A stretch of 64,000 nucleotides of DNA from Candidatus Xenobia bacterium (GTDB lineage Bacteria > Vulcanimicrobiota > Xenobia > Xenobiales > QWHO01), in the NCBI GenBank assembly GCA_045863235.1, contig BTUM01000011.1:32001-96000 (forward strand), read 5' to 3'. The notes under the pieces were generated by a model, which worked only from the letters and a program-made list of their open reading frames with translations, searched no databases and was not told the DNA's origin. Shown piece after piece: positions 58,182-64,000 of this stretch. Each line of letters opens with the position of its first letter. The stretch's first letter is position 1. A program made the position numbers and the translations under genes.

Positions 58182-58217
58182 GCAGCCGGAACCCCACTGA
58201 CAGGGTTTTCCGGCTGC
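58182..58217 (+). terminator. Hairpin after mdh (possible terminator)
   Basis: 10-bp stem GCAGCCGGAA/TTCCGGCTGC just after the stop; no U-tract. Confidence 0.4.
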
Positions 58218-58305
58218 CCGACGCCCGCAGTATCCAACAGGGGGTTTGCGGCCGGACCTCCAGGAATTCCGAGGGGCCCGGATTGGCGCTGTCGAACCTG
58301 CAAAG

Positions 58306-61044
58306 GTGAGACTCAACCCGATCGACCCGGGAATCAGTATCGTCTCCGCCTCCACGCGACCCTCGGTCACGGCCAGCCAGAGCCCGGTGCCGGTCGATGA
58401 GGTGGCGCTGGGAGCGTCGACTCCTCCGGCCCCTCCTCAGGTGGCGCCCGGCGGTCTTGGCAGCGCCATGCGGGCGGCGGCCTCCTTGCTGGGGCTGGCC
58501 GGACCGGCCCTGGAGGCGCCTGTCCGGGAGCCCGATCCACTTGCCGAGGCCCTGGTCGGCCTGGAGCGCTTTTCCAACAAGAAAGGCTACGGTATCGACC
58601 GTGACGAGGCCCTTCGGCTCCTGCAGCAGGGTCAGGAGATCTATCTCGAGGGCAGCGGGGTCAAGGGGACCGATGAGGCCTGGCTTTACCTCTACCTGAT
58701 CGGGAAGTCGGGTGCCGACCGGGTGGCCGACCCGGAGCTTGCTCGTGGCCTGAAAGCCCTGGTGGACGGGAAGGTCTACGGCCCGGACAACTGGGACATC
58801 AAGCCCTTCAAAGCCATCCTGCATTATCGCGAGCTGGCCGAGAAGCCAGGCAAGACGCTCGAGTTGTTTCTGCGCCACGGCACGGACCGCGAGCACGTGG
58901 CCCTGCCCCTGGGTCGCTTCGGGCTCAGCGACCTGCGAGCCGATGAGCTGGGCCAGCGCATCGCAGACAGCCTGGAGGCGTCGGCGCAGCTGGGGCGGTC
59001 GGTGCGCTATTACGAGGCTTCGGATCACTGGCAACGGATCCACGACCCGGCCCGCCAGCACGCCGGCCGCTCGCTCCAGGAGCGAGTCGCGGTGTCGACC
59101 GCGCTCGATCGCAAGGGGGAGCTCTACGACCCCCTGCTCGCGCTGGCTCGCGATCTTCCCGACAAAAAGGTGGTCGATTGGGCCGGCCAGCTGGCCGCTC
59201 TACCCCTGGAGAAAGCCCTGCAGGCCATCGGCCACCTGCGCCAGGTGCCCCCCGAGGTCTATCTCAACTGCCTGCGCCAGCACTCCGACCCCGAGGTGGC
59301 CCTGCAGCTGACCCGTCTGCGCCAGAACCCCGAGCAGGAGCAAGCCTACCAGTTGCTCTCCGACAAGCTCTCCCTGCGCCGCGAGGTCCGCTCCCGGCTT
59401 CTACAAGTCTGGGCCGGGGTGGATGGGCAGGTCGATGTCTTCCGGCTGCAGACCGAGCGTCCCCGGGGCGAGTTCTTCGCGAATCTGTGGAGCTCGGTTC
59501 CTCGTCAGGATCACGAGCGATTTCTGCGCTACCCTGCCGACCAGGAGCTGGCCTTCCAATCGCTGTTGAAGGCCGATGCCGCGGTGACGGCACGGGGCTC
59601 CGAGCACGTCGAGGGGCGTCTGCAGGCCTGGCTGGGCTGGTACAGCCGTCTGGACAAGAGCCGGGGGGGCGAGCAGGCGACCGCCCTGCTGCAGTCCTGG
59701 CCCACGGCCGAGGTCACCCCGCGGGACGCGCGCGATTTCGCCCAGGTGCTCGCCCATCATCGAGGCGACATCCTGGCCAGCCAGCTGGCCTGGGCTGACC
59801 TTGCCCGCTCGCCCTCCCGGGACCTGGCCATCGCCTTGCACCAGCTGGACGCACGCCAGGAGGAGCAGACCATGACCCGTCTGGGCCTGGCTGAGCCCGA
59901 GCGGGCAGCGAGCCTGCGTTTCCTGGCCGAAGCCGGGGTCGGGCTCGAGCCCTCTCTGGACGCACTGGAGCTGCTCTCGCGCCAGCAACGGCCTCTGGAC
60001 GAGCTGGCCGCGGAGTATCTCGAGCTGCGCTCCGGGCTGGGCGATCGCCGGGCCTGCTCGGCTCTGCGCCAGGCCTTCGAGCACGGCCCGCGGGCGTCCG
60101 AGTCACTGGTTCGGGCTCTCAAGGTGACCCGCGACCTGCCTGCCGCCCTGGCCCTTCTCCCCGCTCTGGAACGGCCCGAGCCGGGGCGGGAGGAGCGGCT
60201 GGCCAACCTGGAGCTTTCCGGCCGCCTGGGGGTTCCCGAGGCCGCCTCGCTCTTGCTCGAGAGCGGGCTCGATGAGGCCGGTCGCCACGCTCTGGAGCAG
60301 GCCATGAGCGCGGAGGTCTCCGGCTCGGCCCTGACCAGGTTGGAGGACTATCTGGGGCGCCAGGCTCAGCCTTCCGAGTCGCCCGTGGTGCGGTTTGCCA
60401 GGGGGGGTGAGCTTCTGACTCGCACGCTGGGTGCCGAGCAGGCCGCCAGCGAGCTGGCCCGACGCCTGGCCTCGGCCTACGGTGGGGAGTGGGGCGAGCA
60501 GGCTCGGGCCCTGCTGGGGACCGGCACCGAGTTCGCCCGTCACCTGCCCGGCCCGGAGGAGCTGCGGGCCGCCACCCCTCTGTTACAGCAGCTGGCCGGT
60601 CGGCCGGTGAAGGACTTCGTCGAGCTGACCGCTCCGGTCGGCCAGGAAAGCTTGAAGGAGCGTTGCCAGGCGGCCGCCCGCTGGCTCCAGGCGGGGGGGG
60701 ACGTGAGCTCGTGGTGCGCGCTGACAGCCCGGGGCGAGCTGCCGCTGGAGGCTGGTCTCGAGCTGAAGGCCCAGGTCTCGGTCTGGGATCCAAGTCAGGT
60801 GGCGCCGGCCATCGAGCTCGTCCATCGCATGCAGCGGCGGGGCGAGCTCGAAGGAGACTTCAGCCAGGCCAGCAGCGCCTTCCTGGGAGCGCTGGGCCGC
60901 CTCAGCACTCAGAGTTTCTTACAGGGCTTCGACTTGCAGGCGGTGACCGTCGAGATGCGCCAGCCGGCTCCCATGGAAAGCTCGCTGCGCGACGGGCCGA
61001 TGGCGGTCACCCTGCCCGGAGTGCGACTGCGCAAACGCGGTTGA
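58306..61044 (+). CDS. Large orphan alpha-helical protein with shared C-terminal motif
   Basis: About 910 aa ORF with a P/S/A-rich N-terminus. Ends LRDGPMAVTLPGVRLRKRG. Start uncertain. Confidence 0.65.
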   Translation: MRLNPIDPGISIVSASTRPSVTASQSPVPVDEVALGASTPPAPPQVAPGGLGSAMRAAASLLGLAGPALEAPVREPDPLAEALVGLERFSNKKGYGIDRDEALRLLQQGQEIYLEGSGVKGTDEAWLYLYLIGKSGADRVADPELARGLKALVDGKVYGPDNWDIKPFKAILHYRELAEKPGKTLELFLRHGTDREHVALPLGRFGLSDLRADELGQRIADSLEASAQLGRSVRYYEASDHWQRIHDPARQHAGRSLQERVAVSTALDRKGELYDPLLALARDLPDKKVVDWAGQLAALPLEKALQAIGHLRQVPPEVYLNCLRQHSDPEVALQLTRLRQNPEQEQAYQLLSDKLSLRREVRSRLLQVWAGVDGQVDVFRLQTERPRGEFFANLWSSVPRQDHERFLRYPADQELAFQSLLKADAAVTARGSEHVEGRLQAWLGWYSRLDKSRGGEQATALLQSWPTAEVTPRDARDFAQVLAHHRGDILASQLAWADLARSPSRDLAIALHQLDARQEEQTMTRLGLAEPERAASLRFLAEAGVGLEPSLDALELLSRQQRPLDELAAEYLELRSGLGDRRACSALRQAFEHGPRASESLVRALKVTRDLPAALALLPALERPEPGREERLANLELSGRLGVPEAASLLLESGLDEAGRHALEQAMSAEVSGSALTRLEDYLGRQAQPSESPVVRFARGGELLTRTLGAEQAASELARRLASAYGGEWGEQARALLGTGTEFARHLPGPEELRAATPLLQQLAGRPVKDFVELTAPVGQESLKERCQAAARWLQAGGDVSSWCALTARGELPLEAGLELKAQVSVWDPSQVAPAIELVHRMQRRGELEGDFSQASSAFLGALGRLSTQSFLQGFDLQAVTVEMRQPAPMESSLRDGPMAVTLPGVRLRKRG

Positions 61045-61121
61045 CAGCTCTTCATGGGGTGGAAGCTTCGCCTTTCCTCGCCTGGTAGCTTTCTTTCAGC
61101 GCCCTCAGTTACCCTCGAGCC

Positions 61122-61772
61122 ATGCAGCTCTCGGCTCTGCCATGTCCGGCCAGCAACCTCCGTCAGGTGGCCCACGACCTTTGCGTCCCGAGCCCGCCGC
61201 CTCCGCCGCCCGGGCCTTCCGATGAGCTGCTGGCGGCGCGTGCCCGCGAGCCCTTCCTGAGGGCCGGCCGTGGGCTGCGAAACCTGGCTGTGGGGGCCGG
61301 CGCGGTGTTCCTGCCTGGCTTTGCGGGCAAGGCCTGTGGGGCCGTGGTTGGCGCCATGGGGGCCGGGGTCACGATCGGCGGGGTGGCGGGAGTGCTGGTC
61401 GCGATACCATGCTTGCTCCTGGCGAAACAGAACAGGAACTGGCCTGTGATGATGGCGATCGGAGTGGCTGTTACGGGTTTTGTGGCTGGAACGATCGCCG
61501 GCGGTTATCTCGGGTACCAGCTGGGCGGCGAGGGCCTGAGCCTTTCGAGCGCCGCCCTGGCGGCCTCGGCCTTGTTGATGAATACCCAGAGCTCCAAGCT
61601 CAAGCGTCTGGAGGGGGAGCACGCTGCTCGAGTCGAGTCCAACAAGGCTCTCCACAGCGGCGAGAAGGCGCGCGAGGACAAGCCTCTGGAGGCTCCTTCG
61701 GCCATCGAGCGGATCGGGGATCTGGTCCTGGTGGGCGGCATCCGCCTGCCTCAGCGACGCAAAGTTTCCTAG
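61122..61772 (+). CDS. Orphan glycine-rich membrane protein with shared C-terminal motif
   Basis: Poly-Pro N-terminus and Gly-rich TMs. Ends IERIGDLVLVGGIRLPQRRKVS. Confidence 0.65.
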   Translation: MQLSALPCPASNLRQVAHDLCVPSPPPPPPGPSDELLAARAREPFLRAGRGLRNLAVGAGAVFLPGFAGKACGAVVGAMGAGVTIGGVAGVLVAIPCLLLAKQNRNWPVMMAIGVAVTGFVAGTIAGGYLGYQLGGEGLSLSSAALAASALLMNTQSSKLKRLEGEHAARVESNKALHSGEKAREDKPLEAPSAIERIGDLVLVGGIRLPQRRKVS

Positions 61773-61887
61773 AAAGCGACAGAGGAGATTTCCAGCAGCG
61801 TCGTCCGATCGTCTTGCTGGCTCATGGGTTGCGGTTTGACCGCTGCACCCTCTTTGTGTTACTGATTGTAGCACAGGAGGTGTTCCT

Positions 61888-62142
61888 ATGGAGCGATCCA
61901 CAGTTCGGCGCAGCTTCGCCCTGCCGCGCGTCCTCATCGAGGAGGCGCTGGCCGCGGCGCCCCCCGGTCTGCAGAATAATCTGAACAGCCTGGTCAAAGA
62001 GGCCTTGCGCGAATACATCGCTCATCGGCGAGAGGCGGATTTCGCCCGGGCCATGGCCGACATGGCCAGGGACCCGGAAATTCTCCGTGAATGCAACCGC
62101 ATCGAGAGAGAGTTTCAAGCTGCCGAGAGCGACGGTCTGTAG
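61888..62142 (+). CDS. Putative RHH-type antitoxin
   Basis: AGGAGG RBS, N.LVKEALREY and C-terminal E.DGL. Abuts the toxin. Confidence 0.75.
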   Translation: MERSTVRRSFALPRVLIEEALAAAPPGLQNNLNSLVKEALREYIAHRREADFARAMADMARDPEILRECNRIEREFQAAESDGL

Positions 62143-62487
62143 ATGCCGCGGCGGGGAGAGATCCATTGGGCCAGGCTCGATCCGGTGCAGGGGCGAGAGC
62201 AGTCAGGCCGACGACCGGTCCTCGTCGTCTCGTCTGACGCGATCAACACGCAACCTCTCGTGGTGACAGTCGTCGTGGGCACCGATAGCGCTCATGTAAC
62301 GCGAGACTACCCCACCAACGTCCGAGTCCCGACGGCCGAGTCCGGCCTCCCCAAGGACACGGTCTTCCTCTGCTTCCAACTCCGTTCCCTGGACCCGAGC
62401 CGTCTGGAGGGCCTCGCAGGTCGTTTGCCGCAGTCTCGGATGGGCGAGGTCGACCAGGCTCTCCGCTGCACTCTCGGCCTCAAGTAA
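62143..62487 (+). CDS. mazF: PemK/MazF family toxin
   Basis: RGEI.W..LDP..G.EQ.G.RPVLVVS and QLRSLD..RL. Confidence 0.92.
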   Translation: MPRRGEIHWARLDPVQGREQSGRRPVLVVSSDAINTQPLVVTVVVGTDSAHVTRDYPTNVRVPTAESGLPKDTVFLCFQLRSLDPSRLEGLAGRLPQSRMGEVDQALRCTLGLK

Positions 62488-62546
62488 ATTCCAGCGGGCC
62501 CGCAAGCCTGGAGGTCTCACCGGCCCCTGAGAGGGAACACCTGGAC

Positions 62547-63629
62547 GTGGACAGCTGGGTACAAGCAGCCATGCAGGCCGAGGACTACGCCTCGGCCCTG
62601 ACCTGCGCCCGGGCCATGCGAGCCACGGTCCAGGGCGAGCAGCTGCACTGGGCCGTCTGGAAGGAAGCCCAGTGCCTGCAGAAACTGGGCCAGCACGAAG
62701 AGCTGCTGCAACTGGCTGCCAGCGCCGACCCCGGCAAGTACGGGGGACGGCTGTACTCGCTGGCCGCCGAGCTGACCCGGGGCGAGCCGCGCTTCGACCG
62801 CTTCGCCGCCCTGGCCGCCCGGGCCACCGAAGACCTGGACTGGCTGCGCCAGGCCTGGGCTCAGCAGCCCGGTCCCGAGCTGGCCTGCCAGCGCGTCGAG
62901 CTGGGCCTGAGCCAGCAAGAGCCCGAGGAGGCCTTTGCCGGCCACCTGGGCCTGCTTGAGCTGGCCGAAGAGCGGCAGGATCGCAACCTGGCCTGCCTGG
63001 CCTGGCAGCTGATGGACGAGCTCAAGAAGGTGTGCTATCCGGCCGACTACTTGCACGAGCTGGTCTCGCGCTGGGAGCGCCTCGCCAGCCTGCTGGCCCC
63101 GGCCGAGCGCCAGGCCTGGGAGGAGGGCCGCAAGGCCTACCAGGCCGGGGCGGCCGGCGAGCAGGCCCTGTTCGAGCAACTGCTCCTCCTGGGCGTCAGC
63201 CCGGACGCTTGCGACGTGGCCGGGCGCACGGCCGTCTTTGGGGCCGCCATGACCGGGGCCGTCGGCATGCTGGAGTGGCTGCGCGAGCACCGGGCCGACC
63301 TGGACCGCCCCAACTACCAGCTGCTCAGCCCTCTGATGGCGGCTGTGATGGAAGGCAAGATCGAGGTGGTGGAGCTGCTCTTGCCCCGCCATGCCAGGGT
63401 GGACCGCCGCGGCCCTGAGGGCAACACCGCGCTGCACTTCGCGGTCTCCCGGAACCGGCTCGAGATCGCTGAGATCCTGGTGCGTCGGGGTGCCAACCCG
63501 GCTCTGGCCAACCAGCAGGGCCAGACCCCTCGCTCGCTGGCCGAGGCGGGCGACAACGAGGAGCTGCACAGGCTCTTGCGCCCGGCTCCTGGAGGGCTGT
63601 TGGGCGGGCTGCTACGCCGGAAGAGCTAA
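62547..63629 (+). CDS. Ankyrin repeat protein
   Basis: GRTAVFGAA, SPLMAAV..G, GNTALHFAV and GQTP. Confidence 0.85.
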   Translation: MDSWVQAAMQAEDYASALTCARAMRATVQGEQLHWAVWKEAQCLQKLGQHEELLQLAASADPGKYGGRLYSLAAELTRGEPRFDRFAALAARATEDLDWLRQAWAQQPGPELACQRVELGLSQQEPEEAFAGHLGLLELAEERQDRNLACLAWQLMDELKKVCYPADYLHELVSRWERLASLLAPAERQAWEEGRKAYQAGAAGEQALFEQLLLLGVSPDACDVAGRTAVFGAAMTGAVGMLEWLREHRADLDRPNYQLLSPLMAAVMEGKIEVVELLLPRHARVDRRGPEGNTALHFAVSRNRLEIAEILVRRGANPALANQQGQTPRSLAEAGDNEELHRLLRPAPGGLLGGLLRRKS

Positions 63630-63630
63630 A

Positions 63631-64000
63631 TCAATGGATCAAGAACGGGCTTTCGGGCAACTCCACCCGGCCGCGCAGGTCCAGCACCAGGTGGTCTTTC
63701 TGGGGACGCGGGCGCAACTCGGCGCTCTGCTCCTGCAGGGCCAGCAGAAAGCTTAACACGCCCCAGGTCGTCGGGCTGCGACCAGCGCACCACCAGGCGA
63801 CGCTCCCAGGCGGGCTCGCTCTCACCGCGCAGGGCCCGCACCAGGGCCGTCCGGGTGGAGGGGAAGACAGCTCGAGCGGCGTTTTGCACCGGCTCGGGGG
63901 TCAGGATGGGCATCAATTCGTTGGCCCTGGGCCGGTAAGAGACTTCCTCCAGCGCCAGCGGCTCGGGCCAGGGCCAGCCGGCCACGAAGGCTGGGAACTC
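63631..64000 (-). CDS. 3' end of a hypothetical gene with an apparent frameshift near 63762
   Basis: The GC3-rich frame switches at a G4 run: ...WSQPDDL(G) / VLSFLLALQEQ...PFLIH*. Confidence 0.45.

Noticed and set aside
1..64000. Frequent CTCGAG/TCGA words
   Set aside because: Explainable by Leu-Glu/Val-Glu/Ile-Glu codon pairs in a high-GC genome; enrichment cannot be shown without counting.

Overview
High-GC bacterial genomic window in two parts. (1) About 1-20,500 is a defence island of mixed composition. It holds a 5'-truncated SF2 helicase with a DUF1998 C-terminus, a translationally coupled EVE + Cas4-like PD-(D/E)XK nuclease pair, a three-gene UvrD-like helicase / DarT1-type DNA ADP-ribosyltransferase / ARH-family ADP-ribosylglycohydrolase-VOC operon, an HD-domain dNTPase-like gene with a wHTH partner, a complete type I Wadjet (jetABCD), an AbiE type IV TA, and several gene remnants. 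(2) About 21,100-64,000 is host backbone: PEGA, Tam, CASTOR/POLLUX-like channel, AAA ATPase, HNH, MFS, PssA plus a PmtA-Psd fusion, Qng1-like queuosine salvage hydrolase, peptidases, YceI, aromatic amino acid decarboxylase, Mdh, a MazF-type TA and an ankyrin protein. The best candidate for an undescribed system is the helicase-DarT1-ARH operon (5264-9167), where an ARH-fold hydrolase sits where NADAR/DarG is normally found. Other notable signals read from the sequence: an ungapped C-terminal motif shared by three unrelated orphan proteins, and two recurring fixed-spacing upstream motifs (TTTCAG-N10-YANNCT-N6-start and RGGA-N18-GAACC). No rRNA, tRNA, CRISPR array or integrase was recognised. 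All family calls come from motif recognition by eye; no database search was run.
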